This document shows positions 12,296-25,232 of a DNA stretch of 64,000 nucleotides, piece after piece; the stretch's first letter is position 1, and each line of letters starts with the position of its first letter. A model generated the notes under the pieces. The model had not been told where the DNA came from. It ran no database searches and was given only the letters and a program-made list of their open reading frames with translations. This DNA comes from Negaprion brevirostris. Lineage: Eukaryota. Made by a program: the position numbers and the translations under genes. The DNA is taken from the NCBI GenBank assembly GCA_030324005.1, contig JARDVH010000146.1, positions 27,243,952-27,307,951 of the forward strand. Direction: 5' to 3'.

Positions 12296-15200
12296 GCCTT
12301 ATGGAAACTGATGCTAGGCTGTGAGAGCGAGAAAATGGTGTTTTAAAAGCACAATTTGGCTAGGTAGGTGGTGGGTTTGATTTGCCAAATTGTCTGCAGT
12401 TGTGGACAGACACTGTCATTCTGTAATCTCAGGCTCCGCTGGCCCCTTGTCTCGCACAGAAACTGTCTCATTGTATTTTGCATGCAATTTTTATAAGGCA
12501 GTTCCACTTGAGGCCTGGAGACTGATCTATTCTGACAGCTGTGGAAACCAATCTTTTGCCCGGCTCCATCAGGATTCCTCCTGGTATTTAAAAGGCTCTG
12601 GTTTTACAGGAACTGCAGCATCAGGTTTCTGTCTGTGAAAAGGTTCTTACCTTTCTATGATTTAAATTTATAAATGTTTAAACTTGCAAGTAGAACAACA
12701 TGGCAGAGAATCTGCTGTTTTTAACTGTTGTGTTGGGGGTTCAGTGCTGCACACCAGAAGAGTTACTGTATAGTTTAAGCTGTTTGTAATAATTGGAAAT
12801 GGGAAGATTGATCCAGCACTTGAATAACGATTGAATTCATGGTGAGGTAGCACAGAATTTATAGCACAGATAAGCAGTGGGACTTGGTTCATGTGCAACC
12901 ATGCAGAGATACTGAATGTACACTTCTAATCCCATTTCCCTACTCTCTCCCTGTAACCTATATACTCTTTTTTTTGAAGCACCTTTTAAAGCTATTGCCT
13001 TGAACTTCAGAGTTTGTATCTATTACCTTCTAATTAAAATTTACTTACAGATCTCTATATTTGAAATCCGCACATTTTTGCCAGAGGAGATCAACCAATG
13101 GATCTGTTCATTAAAGCATAGACTTATGTAGCAGAGCAACACAGGATAGTGCCTTAAGCACTTCACTCTCTCCTGAGCTCAATACGTTACTGCNNNNNNN
13201 NNNCTTCCCTATCCTGGATGCAGAGACATATTTTCCCTCAGAGCCTTGGGTTGGATTGCTCTTCCATTGGAGAAAAATGGAATGCATTCTGCTCCTTCTG
13301 AAATAGGCTGATTGTCTTCCGCTCATATCAAAGTCTACCTTTGTCCATTCAAGGTCTAATTTAGGCTCTGTAAACTCTGACAGTGAATTTGGCAACACGC
13401 ACTTTGCCAGCTCTCTGACGCATCCAGCTGGTCTTTTCCTCAACTGTTAGTATTATTCCTATTTCAAATAATGATCTTCTTATAATATATTTTGGATTTT
13501 GCTTCTAGTACTTTTTTCTGACAGTGTTTCATATCTTACAACCCCCCCCAAAACTTTCCTAATCTCTGTTTTATTTTTGTTTTGATGACTATCAGTTTTG
13601 ATGAGTAACTGTAGNNNNNNNNNNNNNNNNNNNNNNNNNNNNNNNNNNNNNNNNNNNNNNNNNNNNNNNNNNNNNNNNNNNNNNNNNNNNNNNNNNNNNN
13701 NNNNNNNNNNNNNNNNNNNNNNNNNNNNNNNNNNNNNNNNNNNNNNNNNNNNNNNNNNNNNNNNNNNNNNNNNNNNNNNNNNNNNNNNNNNNNNNNNNNN
13801 NNNNNNNNNNNNNNNNNNNNNNNNNNNNNNNNNNNNNNNNNNNNNNNNNNNNNNNNNNNNNNNNNNNNNNNNNNNNNNNNNNNNNNNNNNNNNNNNNNNN
13901 NNNNNNNNNNNNNNNNNNNNNNNNNNNNNNNNNNNNNNNNNNNNNNNNNNNNNNNNNNNNNNNNNNNNNNNNNNNNNNNNNNNNNNNNNNNNNNNNNNNN
14001 NNNNNNNNNNNNNNNNNNNNNNNNNNNNNNNNNNNNNNNNNNNNNNNNNNNNNNNNNNNNNNNNNNNNNNNNNNNNNNNNNNNNNNNNNNNNNNNNNNNN
14101 NNNNNNNNNNNNNNNNNNNNNNNNNNNNNNNNNNNNNNNNNNNNNNNNNNNNNNNNNNNNNNNNNNNNNNNNNNNNNNNNNNNNNNNNNNNNNNNNNNNN
14201 NNNNNNNNNNNNNNNNNNNNNNNNNNNNNNNNNNNNNNNNNNNNNNNNNNNNNNNNNNNNNNNNNNNNNNNNNNNNNNNNNNNNNNNNNNNNNNNNNNNN
14301 NNNNNNNNNNNNNNNNNNNNNNNNNNNNNNNNNNNNNNNNNNNNNNNNNNNNNNNNNNNNNNNNNNNAACTCTCACCTGTGGCTCCCCGTAGCTGTATCC
14401 ACATAGAGGTCTAAGGGAAGGGTCACACCTTAATGTTGCAGTTAAGGTGCGAGACCTGGCACATACCTCTGCTTCAACATTGAGGCTTTTATGTGTAAGC
14501 TGCTCAGGTGGGCATAAACAGAACATGTATGAACGAGGACTGTGATACACAGTCATAGTGATGAGAAATATTCCTCTCTGCACTATATATACCAGATCAA
14601 TATGAAATCACGCTGTCAGTGCAGTCAAAAAGAGTGAAGAACACTAAAGTAATGGCCTGGATTGGGGCTGAGTCATCCTGACTGAAACTAATTTGCTTTT
14701 TGAATAAAAGCGGAAAGCTAGAAACTGAAATAAAACCAGAAAATGCTTGATAAACTCAGCATGTCTGCTTCTCTGTTCTCTCCATCCTCTGATAGCTTGT
14801 TAATTAATGAATCTCTTCTGTACTGATTGGTTCCCAAAACTGGGGATAATTTTCACATAGCGCCTAATGATTTATGTCATCCTGGAATTATTTATTTGTT
14901 TTTGTACTTTTGGAATCTAGAGTCTCGTGTGCTGTTTTGCTTTAACAAATTATCCCTCCATTTTTAAAGACTTCTGTTTCTGAATTCCCAAAGTCCTATG
15001 CTTTTAAAGTTCTTTCCCATTTAGTGTGTATTTGCTCGCCACATCTTTCATNNNNNNNNNNCTGTATTAAATTCATTGTACTTAAATTCAGCTGCCACTT
15101 GTCTGCCCAGCTTGGCAAACTTTTTCTGAAATTGTTCACTACCTTCAGCACAGTAAACTGTTCCTTGATTTTGAGTCATCTTCAAATGTTGGCGTTGTGT

Positions 15201-15549
15201 TCCTACATCTGCATCCACATCTTCCAATAAATGTAAATTTGTTCTTTTCAGATTACCCTGTAAGGATTTATAGTATTATACGGAATTTTTAAAAATATTA
15301 TTCATTGCTGTGGATGGAAGGAAAATGGCACTTTGCATTTGTGGTGGATTAATGATATTTGAATTGCCCTTGAAATGAATCTCATAAAAATATATAATTT
15401 CCTTTTGAAAATGTACACAGGCTAGTGCTCAGGATGGCCCTCCTAGCTACGGCTGGCTTGATTTTCATTTTCATGAATAATTAGGCAAAGAGACCAAACT
15501 GAGCAAATGCCCTGTCATTGTTCACTTGTGCAACGTCTGGACCAGTAGG

Positions 15550-15737
15550 ATGTGGAGATGCTGGTGNNNNNNNNNNNNNNNNNNNNNNNNNNNNNNNNNN
15601 NNNNNNNNNNNNNNNNNNNNNNNNNNNNNNNNNNNNNNNNNNNNNNNNNNNNNNNNNNNNAGCGTTTCCAAAAGCTTGTGGGTTTACTATCAAATAAACT
15701 GGTTGGACTTTAACCTGGTGTTGTGAGACTTCTTACT
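15550..15737. mobile_element. Short Penelope-like element with inverted termini (centre hidden by gap)
   Basis: Starts ATGTGGAGATGCTGGTG, ends AAATAAACTGGTTGGACTTTAACCTGGTGTTGTGAGACTTCTTAC; same two termini as the mini insertion at 49501-49548. Confidence 0.6.
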
Positions 15738-16679
15738 AGGCCAATGGGTGCAGTTGTGGATTGGCGGTGGCCTGTTGACCATTACGACGCCAGTTGAGGG
15801 GATTATCTCTCCAGTTGACTGGTATAATCTGTTGCCTGTTTGATTTTAAGCCCAAAGCTGGAGGACCAACCCATTTTTGCACCTTTTCAGTGAAGTGCAG
15901 TATTAAAGGGAGCTGGAGAAAAGGCTGGCTGAGGAGTTAGGAGTTTCTGGGTGTGAGGTGAGCTGATGTTTTTGAGTACCAAGAGTGTTTTTTTTCTGTA
16001 TAGAGCTTAGAGGGCATTCCTGTCCTCTGGCACTGGAATTTGGGTCCTTCTGTTACCCTCTTAGCATGGGTCAGCCCCATTTGCAAACCTGTAGATGGGT
16101 TTATTCTATTCAGCGAGAAGCACCTCCTGTGAGGAAACAGACGGGGGCAAGGAGAGAGGAGGGCTGGTGGCTACAGGCATTATCTCTGAGCGGAGGTGCT
16201 GGCACAGGGTGCTCAGGGCCAGCAGGGAGGAAAAGGGGGATGCCCCCACCACAGACACCATTACATAGCTGCCAACATGTACAGGCAGTGATCAAACTAT
16301 CTTGACATGATCGAGGTCCAATGCTGTAGTAGGTAGGCTACAGCTTTCAAGGGGAGATGTCATGAGTCTCTGCCAGATGATTGGCCCAGAGATAGCCTCC
16401 AATTGTGTGGCTGCATATCTGCTGCTTGTGGCTCTGAAGGTCACTATGCTTCCAGGATGCTGTAGGTGATCCATATGGAATCTGTGACAAGATGGTGACT
16501 GACATTCTGCTCAGGCAGGGAGAATATTCCTTCATTTCAGGACAGACCAAGTCTGCAAGGTTGATAGAGGGCTAGAGGATTTGTCACTATTGCAAGTTTC
16601 CCTTATGTTAAAGGTGCCTTTTATTGCACTCTTGTGGCCATCTAGGCGCCAGCCAGCTAGCCGGGTGCCTTTGTGAATC

Positions 16680-17163
16680 TTTTTCAGGTGTGTCATATTA
16701 GTTCATGCCCACTGACGTCAGGTGACACCTCTGTCCAGGCTTTCTTTCTTAGGTGATGTGGCCTTCTCCTTCCATCCCTGGGCATTAGGATGTGACCAGC
16801 TGTCACAGCCTCCACCAGGGCTCGCAGACCGTCGTTGTCAGAGAAACAAGAGGCTTGCTGCCTGACAGGGCTTCTTTCCCTGATGTGGCTTCCTGTGGGC
16901 GACATTCTGCATCCTCCAGTCTCTTCAGCAGCTTCAGTGTGCTGCCTTTACCCCTCATGGTGGGCCGGCATTGAACATGGTGCCCACCATGTGCCCACAC
17001 TGCCAACCCTGTCACGCAATGTGGCAATGATTCACACTGACTGTCCTTTAAGTGGCCAGCAGTGTAATATCATGAGTCCTAACTGATCACGGGGGGACTG
17101 GGAAATACGATTGTTTCTGATTCCACCTGTCAAATGTGCACATTGCACATGGAAAATCTACCC
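16680..17163 (-). mobile_element. PIF/Harbinger transposon relic with Myb/SANT-like DNA-binding ORF
   Basis: ORF 16693-16905 QASCFSDNDGLRALVEAVTAGHILMPRDGRRRPHHLRKKAWTEV resembles the Harbinger Myb/SANT-like domain (F-S-D..L..LVEAV......P....R......AW.EV); TIR-like GGAAAATCTACCC at ~17151-17163. Confidence 0.7.
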
Positions 17164-17964
17164 TAGTAGTTTTTACAATTTTCAGCAAGATGTGAGGCCA
17201 CGTAAATTCTTTAATCCAGCTGTTATATCTGTGCACCTAATTTTATGTTATTTCTGTAAGTATCAGTCACAAAATAAATAAATGTTGAACATTTTTGCAA
17301 TTGTCCTCTGAATTTCGTTCACAGATTTATATAGTGCATCAATGGCAAGAAATGAGCATTAAATATGAACATGTGGGAAGCAGTAAAATAATCCTTATGT
17401 GAGTCCTCCCTTCTTACTGTTCAAATCTGCCTATTCACTTTGGAAAGTGTTGGCTAAAGTAGTGAAAATTGATAGTTCAGCGGAAAGACATCCTCAATAG
17501 TGAGATTCCATATTGTGGATTAGAAATTTCCTAGTGTATTGCCACTTTTAGCATAGACAGGTTCCATTTGCACTAAAAGCCTGATCCAACTCTATCCAGG
17601 TGACAAAGAGCGGAATTGACTGATGTAATGCCAAGATTGGAAAGCTGGATTTTCATGGAGTCTGGGATACTCTACAAGACCTGACTGCAGAGTTGCTGAT
17701 CCCATTCCCAGCACTCCCAATTTTCTGAAGTGTGTGTTACAGGTGCGGACTGGTGCAGGTTGCAAGCTTGTACCCTGCAGTCCCAACTTGGCCAGCTCCA
17801 TAGTGAGAATAGGCATGTGCTAGTCACATGCAATTTTCATAGAGTCTGAAACTTTTGAAACCTCTTTATCGTGTGTACAACTGACCAAATGGATCACAGG
17901 ACAAGAGATATCAATCAAGCAGTGTTTTCCCTGGGTGGTGACTTTTCCGTGAGACCAGAAGGCC

Positions 17965-19680
17965 GTAAGATATAGGAGCAGAATTAGGGCACTTGGCCCA
18001 TCGATTCTGCTCTGCCATTTAATCATGATTGATATTTTTCTCATCCCCATTCTCCCATCTTTTCCCCATAACCCCTGATACCCTTATTAATCAAGAACCT
18101 ATCTATCTCTATCTTAAACACACTCAATGACCTGGCCTCCACAACCTTCTGTGGCAAGGAGTTCCACAGATTCATCACACTTTGGCTGAAGAAATTCCTC
18201 CTGTTCTCTGCTTTAAAGGATGACCCTTCAGTCTGAAGTTGTGCCCTCTGGTTCGAGTTTTCCTTACTAGTGGAAACATCCTCTCCACTCTACCCAAGAC
18301 TTGCAGTGTCCTGTAAGTTTCAGTAAGATCCCCCCCTCAGCCTTCTAAACTTCAACGAGTATAGACCCAGAGTCCTCAACTGTTTCTCATACGACAAGCT
18401 CCTCATTCCAGGGATCACTCTTGCGAACCTCCTCTGGACTCTTTCCAAGCCAGCACACCCTTTCTTAGATATGGGGCCCAAAAGTGCTCACAATACTCCA
18501 AATGGGGTCTGACCAGAGCATTACACAGCCTCAGAAGTACAGCCCTGCTCTTGTATTCTAGTCCTCTCGACCTGAAATGCTAACATTGCATTTGCCTTTG
18601 GCTGCCGACTGAACCTGCATGTCAGCCTTAAGAGAATCTTGACCAGTGACTCCCAAGGCCCTTTCTGCTTTTCTAAGCACTTTCTCATTTAAAAACTACT
18701 CTATGCCTCCATTCCTCCATCCAAAGTGCATAACCTCACATTTTTTCACATTGTATTCCATCTGCCACTTCTTTACACACTCTCCTAGCTGTCCAAGTGC
18801 TTCTGCAACACCCCCTGCTTCCTCAGACCTATCTGTCCCTCTACATATTTTTGTATCATCTACAAACTTAGCAAAAGTGCCTTCAGTTCCTTCCTCCAAA
18901 TTGTTAATGTATGTTGTGAAAAGTTGTGGTCCCATCACTGATCCCAAGGCACACCACTAGTAGCTGGCTGCTATCCTAAGACCCCTTTATCCCCATCATC
19001 TTCTGCCAGTCAACCAATCCTCTATCCATGCCAGGATCTTACCCTTAACACCATGGACACGTAACTTACTTAACAGTCTCCTATACAGCACCTTGTCAAA
19101 GGCCTTCTGGAAATTTAAATAAATCACGTTCACTGGTTCTCCTTTATCTAACTTCCTTGTCGCCTCCTCAAAGAATTCTAACAGATTTGTCAGACATGAC
19201 CTACCCTTGACAAAGCTGTGCTGACGCAGTCTAATTTTATCATGCACTTCTAAGTACTCTGCAATCTCATCTTCAATAATGGACTCTCAAATCTTGCCAA
19301 TGACCAAATTCAGGCTAACCAGCCTGTAATTTCCTGTCTGCTGCCTCCCTCCCTTCTTAAACAGTGGTGTTACTTTCGTTACTTTCCGGTCCTTTGGGAC
19401 TCTCCCTGCCTCCAATGATTCCTGAAAGATCACCACCAGTGCCTCCACAATTTCATTAGCTATCTCATTTAAAACTCTGGGGTGTAGTTCATCTGGTCCA
19501 GGTGATTTATTCACCTTCAGACCTTTTAGTTTCTCCAGAACCTTCTCCTTAGTGATGGCACTGGGGATTTATCCACCTTCAATCATATCAATTTTTCCAG
19601 CACCATTTCTCTACTAATATTGATCTCCCTCAGTTCTTCCCTCTTACTAAATCTTCCATTCTTCAACATTCCTGGTCTGT
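17965..19680 (-). mobile_element. CR1 LINE, RT through 3' end, decayed
   Basis: Minus ORFs KSPGPDELHPRVL..PLFKKG..NYRLVSL, QHSFVKGRSCLTNLLEFFE, GSVMGPQLFTTYINNL..KFVDDTK..WQMEYNVKKCEV; CR1 tail at ~17965-18030. Confidence 0.94.
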
Positions 19681-19689
19681 TCAGTTTCT

Positions 19690-20160
19690 GGTCATTGGTA
19701 ACCTCCCCACCCAGGACGAGAGTAGACAATTCAGTGAAGGTAATGCCATTGAGTATCAAGGGGCGATAGCTCAAATATTACTTGCCACTTGCGAACCCAG
19801 ATCTAGATTATGCTCAAGTCTTGTTGCATTTGGGCATGGTCTATTTTAGTGTCTGAGAAGTCATGAATAGTGCTGAACATTGAGCAATCATGTGTGACAA
19901 TCAGCAGTGAACATCCCTTCTAACTAATGAAGGAAAGTCATTGATGCAGTAGCTGAAAATGGTAGACCTAGTATGCTAGCTTGAGGATGTCCTGGAGCTA
20001 AGACTGACCTCCAATAACCATAACCATCTTCCTGTGTGCTAGGAATGACCCCAACCTGGGAAGAGGTACACCCCGAAACGCACCCCGCTCCCCTGCATCA
20101 CTGAATCCTAATAACTCCAGTTTGATAATGCAATTGATCAAATGTGATTTTGATATCAAG
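19690..20160 (-). mobile_element. Non-CR1 LINE RT fragment (possibly RTE-X-like)
   Basis: Minus-strand ALDIKITFD and LGSFLAHRKMVMVIGGQS; probably the same family as 36440-37050 and the tail at 48237-48490 (inference). Confidence 0.55.
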
Positions 20161-20376
20161 GGCACTGGGGGAGAGAGAGGGAGTCTGGAGCTGGTGATTG
20201 GGGCTAGTCGGGGGTGGGGGGGAATCAAGAAAGCCAGCAATCAGTGGGGTGGGGGGGTGGAAAAGAAACCGGGAGGNNNNNNNNNNNNNNNNNNNNNNNN
20301 NNNNNNNNNNNNNNNNNNNNNNNNNNNNNNNNNNNNNNNNNNNNNNNNNNNNNNNNNNNNNNNNNNNNNNNNNNNN

Positions 20377-20705
20377 TCTTAGATATGGGGCCCAAAAGTG
20401 CTCACAATACTCCACATGGGGTCTGACCAGAGCCTTATACAGCCTCAGAAGTATATCCCTGCTCTTGTGTTCTAGCTCTCACGACATGAATGCTAACATT
20501 GCATTTATCTTCCTAACTGCTGACTGAACCAGCACATTAACCTGAAGAGAATCTTGAACAAAGACTCCTAAGTCCCTTTGTGCTTCTGATTTCTTAAGCA
20601 TTTCCCCATTTAGAAAATAGTCTATGCCTCCATTTCTATTTCCAAAGTGCATAACCTCACACTTTTCCACATTGTATTCCATCTGCCACTTCTTTGCCCA
20701 CTCTT
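20377..20705 (-). mobile_element. CR1 LINE fragment
   Basis: EEWAKKWQMEYNVEKCEVMHFG..QRDLGV; MEYCEHFWAPYLR. Confidence 0.9.
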
Positions 20706-21384
20706 CCCTTGACATTTCAACAGACTAATGGATATCTGGGCTCTCAACCAAGACTCATGAAGCATTCTTGGGCGAGTACTTTATTTAATGGAAAGTCATA
20801 CACTGTTTGCTGCCCGATTCCAAGTCTCTTCCAAGTATCAGAAGCACTGCTTAACCAAGTATAATGAAAACTTACTTAATAGCTTTTAGATTGTGAGCAG
20901 AGTTCAATGGGAGGTCTTTTTTTAAAAAAACTTTTACCCTGGAGTATTTCACCGCAATTTAAATAAAAACATGTTAAAAGGCTAGCTAAAAAATATTGCT
21001 GTTAAAAGACTAACTAAAGGATATTGCCTAGTCACATGAAAAATATGTCCACTGAATGGAATACATACATGAAGATTTAGTAATTTCCTGCAGCACTTAA
21101 TCTATTATCAGTCTTGTTGAACTTTAAACTTTGTTATTGAGAGGGTGATGAAATCTCACAGTCTCAATCAATACAGTGAGTTAGTGATAAGTACAAAACT
21201 GTTAGGAAAAGTGACCTGGCAGTAACAATTCCCCAATTTTTCCAGTTTGTTATGTTAGGTTTGGGTTCTCTGTCTTAGAAATATCCAATGGAAAACAAAC
21301 TGTGAAATAAATTCACAGAGAACACAACACTTGGTTTGCCATCAAAAGTGATTACAGAGTAATTGTCATTTGTGCTCGTTTAAA

Positions 21385-21654
21385 ATTTATTTCTTAGTGT
21401 CACAAGTAAGTTTACATTAGCACTGCAATGAAGTTAGTGTGAAAATCCCCTAGTCTTCGTACTCCAGTGCCTGTTCAGATACATTGAGGGAGGGTTTAGC
21501 ATGGCCAATGCACCTATGAGACTATGCAAGGAAACCCATGCAGATATGGGGAGAATGTGCAGACTCTGCATGGACAGAAACCCAAGCTGGGAATTGAACC
21601 TGGGCCCCTGGTGCAGTGAGGCAGCAATGCTAACCACTGTGCCACCATGCCGTT
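21385..21654 (-). mobile_element. V-SINE with non-CR1 tail (same type as 3784-4090)
   Basis: Reverse complement gives head GGTGGCACAGTGGTTAGC, B-box GGTTCAATTCC and tail AACTTCATTGCAGTGCTAATGTAAACTTACTTGTGACACTAAG. Confidence 0.88.
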
Positions 21655-21840
21655 CTGGAGCCATGCTAACAAAGACTGTTAATTTAAAACTCTTGTTTTG
21701 ATTATGTGAGCGTGTTGCAATAGAAAATAGCTAAGTTTCTAATCCATACAGAGGGTGGAGGCAAAATTGTGTGTAATAGTCCAAAGTAAAGATAGAAAGA
21801 AAGCTCCCAGCTGAGTGCTCAGGTTTTTCTACTTCCCTCA

Positions 21841-22188
21841 GAGAATCATAGAAACCCGACAGTGCAGAAAGAGGCCATCTGGCCCATTGAGTATGCACCA
21901 ACCACCATCCCACGCAGGCCCTACCCCCATATTCCTACACATTTACCTGCTAATCCCTCTAACCTATGCACCTCAGGACAGTAAGGGGCAATTTTTTTTA
22001 GCATGGCCAATCAACCTAACCCGCANNNNNNNNNNNNNNNNNNNNNNNNNNNNNNNNNNNNNNNAAACCCACGCAGACACAAGGAGAATGTGCAAACTCC
22101 ACACAGACAGTGACCCAAGCCAGGAATCAAACCCAGGTCCCGGGAGCTGTGAGGCAGCCGAGCTAACCACTGTGATACCGTGCTGCCC
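21841..22188 (-). mobile_element. HE1-type V-SINE with CR1-derived tail
   Basis: Head GGGCAGCACGGTATCACAGTGGTTAG, V-core, tail GGGCCAGATGGCCTCTTTCTGCACTG..TATGATTCT. Confidence 0.88.
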
Positions 22189-22769
22189 AGAAACTACAGA
22201 TCATTTATGTATCAATTTATTTTTAGCTGGTATGCGCTAAGTGCACCCCTGGAGATCTAGTGATTCTCTCTCGCGCATTGCTGAGTTTATGGTATTGTGA
22301 TCTCCATCAAATTCCTGGTGAAATGCTCCTAATAAAATGTATTTCCCTATCTTAAAGTTGCCAAATGGGTGTGACAGCAGGAGGAACATGCAAAGCAGTC
22401 TAAGATGGATTTTTTTGTAATTGCACAGAGTGTGGTAAATAAGATTGTGTTAGTTGCAAGCACAAGTCACCACATGGGATCACAATATATTGACAATAAC
22501 ACACTTCTGGCTTGATGAAGGGGAGGATTTGGAACTTAAAATTTCTCAGTACAATATACTCAATTAAAACAGTGAAGGAATAGAAGCGGGGGTTTGGTAG
22601 TAGTGACCAAAAAACTATCACAGCACAGTGAGAGCAAGATGTAACTGAGAGAACTACAACAGCATTAATTTGGTTAGAATTAAGGAATGATTACGGCACT
22701 GTGTACAGGCCATCACTGAATAGTGGGAAGGAAATAGACAAGAAAATTGCACAAAGGTGTAAGAAATAT

Positions 22770-23010
22770 AGGTCTAATCCTCTTCTTCTTAATTTAAGTT
22801 TGTGCCCCCTGATCTTGGACCTGTTAACCATGTGGAAATGGGCCATCCAATCCATTCTATCTAGATCCCTCATCATTTTATACATTTCAATTAGGTTTCC
22901 TGTTAGCCTCTTCCAAAGAAAACAATCCTAGCTTACCCAATCTTTCCTCAGAACTAATATTTTCCAATCCAGGCAACATCCTTGGAAATCTCCTCTGCAC
23001 CCTCTCTAGT
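22770..23010 (-). mobile_element. CR1 3' fragment
   Basis: LERVQRRFPRMLPGLENISSEERLGKLGLFSLE; RGHKLK. Confidence 0.8.
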
Positions 23011-23014
23011 GTGG

Positions 23015-24325
23015 GGGAAAGACAGGTGGAAATTGTGGCAGCAATCTTTGAATGTTCTTTATATGGGGTGATGGTGCCAGGGGACTGCAGGATTGAAAAT
23101 GTTAGAGTCCTGTATAACAAAAGGTGTTAAACCTAGAAACTACAGGGCATCAGCCTAGCATTGGTCGGAGGGAATGTTTTAGAAATAGTGGATTCAGTAG
23201 AAAATGAATTGGCATTTGGAAAAGTATGGGCTAATAAATGAAAGCCAGCTCCGATTTGACGAATGAGATCTAATTCTTTGATGAAGTAGCAGAGAGATGA
23301 AGGCAGTCTGACTGATTTTATGTTTGTGGACTTTCTAGAAGCATATGACAAAGTATCTTGAAATAGACTTGTTCTAAAAACCAAAGTTCATGGGGTCAAA
23401 TTAAAGGCAGATTAATGACTTGGAATGTATAAAGGCCAGGCTGTATTGTAGCCAAAATTGTTGAAGATAGGTAAGAAAGCAAGTTGCGACGAAGGTATAA
23501 AAAACACCTACAAAGGAATGTAGCTAGGTTAATTGAGTGGACAGAAATTGGCAAATAGAGTATAATGTGGAAAGCTAAGAGGCTGTCCACTTTGGTAGGA
23601 AGAATAGTATGGCAGAATGTTATTTAAACAGTGGGAAACTACAGAATGCGACAGTACAGAGGGATCTGAGTGACTCTGTACATCAANNNNNNNNNNGAAA
23701 ATAAGGAGGCAAACAGAATGTTGTTTATTGTAAGGGGGCAGAGTATAAAAATCGAAAAGTCTTGCTACAACTCTACAGGGTACTTTGAGACTACACCTGG
23801 AGCATTGTGTACAGTTTTGGCTATCTTACTTAAGGAGAGACATACTTGCATTGGAAGCAGAAAAGAGAACTGTGCTCTGGATGTGGGGTTTGTGTAATAA
23901 AGAAAGGTTGCAAAGTTTGGACTATACTCATAGGAGTGTAGAAGAATGAGAGGTAACATTTAAGATTTGGAGAGGGATGGACAGGATAGCTGCTGAGAGG
24001 ATGTTTTCTCTCATGGGGAAACCTAGCATTGGGGCATAGTTTCAAAATAAGGAGTCACACTTTAAAAACAGAGATGAGGAGAAATTTCTTCTCTCAGAGA
24101 GTCATTAGTATTTGGGATTCTCTTTCCCAGTGAGCAGTGGAGATTGGGTCATTTATTTTTCAAGACTGAGGTAGACAGATATTTGATTGAGAAGGCAATT
24201 GAGGATTATAGGGAGCAGACAGGAAAGTGGAGTTACGGCCACAGTTAAGCCAGCCTTGATGTTATTGAATGGTGGACCAGGGTCAAGGGGCTAAATGTCC
24301 AGCTGCTTCCATTTCTTATGTTCCT
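23015..24325 (+). mobile_element. Old CR1 LINE, RT through 3' end
   Basis: Degenerate DF.KAYDKV, WQIEYNV, HLEHCVQFW, and CR1 tail (AATGGTGGACCAGGGTCAAGGGGCTAAATG..TTCTTATGTTCC). Confidence 0.8.
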
Positions 24326-24574
24326 ATTTCTTATATAAAGCAGCAGTGTAAGCTTGGACACGAAACTGGCTGAGTGACAAAGCTGACAATTGCCTGGAAA
24401 AAAGTATACAGTCAAGTTCTCAGGGGTCAATATTAGGACCATTGTTTTATTTGATATATATTGAACATCTGGACTTGGTATATAGGGCATAATCTTCAAA
24501 TTTTCATATGAAACAAACCTTAAAATACTGCAAAGAAAGAGAGTCACCAGAAAATCTGTGACAATATAAACAGT

Positions 24575-25232
24575 TGGGCAGCTCAGTGGAACAGTGGTTA
24601 GTACTGACGCTAGACAGCGCCAGGGATGGGGTTCAATTCCNNNNNNNNNNNNNNNNNNNNNNNNNNNNNNNNNNNNNNNNNNNNNNNNNNNNNNNNNNNN
24701 NNNNNNNNNNNNNNNNNNNNNNNNNNNNNNNNNNNNNNNNNNNNNNNNNNNNNNNNNNNNNNNNNNNNNNNNNNNNNNNNNNNNNNNNNNNNNNNNNNNN
24801 NNNNNNNNNNNNNNNNNNNNNNNNNNNNNNNNNNNNNNNNNNNNNNNNNNNNNNNNNNNNNNNNNNNNNNNNNNNNNNNNNNNNNNNNNNNNNNNNNNNN
24901 NNNNNNNNNNNNNNNNNNNNNNNNNNNNNNNNNNNNNNNNNNNNNNNNNNNNNNNNNNNNNNNNNNNNNNNNNNNNNNNNNNNNNNNNNNNNNNNNNNNN
25001 NNNNNNNNNNNNNNNNNNNNNNNNNNNNNNNNNNNNNNNNNNNNNNNNNNNNNNNNNNNNNNNNNNNNNNNNNNNNNNNNNNCTGAGAAATGAACCTGGG
25101 TCCCTGGTGCTGTGAGGCAGCAATGCTAACCACTGTGCTGCCGTACCGCCTCCAAATTAATAAATATGAGGGGTTACGGGAATAGGCCTGGGTGGGATTA
25201 TGGTTGGTGCAGACTTGATGGGCAAAATGGCC
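24575..25232. mobile_element. Two HE1-type SINEs in opposite orientation spanning an N gap
   Basis: Plus-strand head 24575-24640; minus-strand head 25083-25150; plus-strand tail 25165-25232. Confidence 0.75.

Noticed and set aside
12843-12864. TGAGGTAG let-7-like seed
   Set aside because: The rest does not match let-7 and I see no complementary hairpin arm.
967-14583. Long ORFs of 250-370 aa in the ORF track (and those at 24245-25265)
   Set aside because: They are long only because they span N gaps; not evidence of genes.
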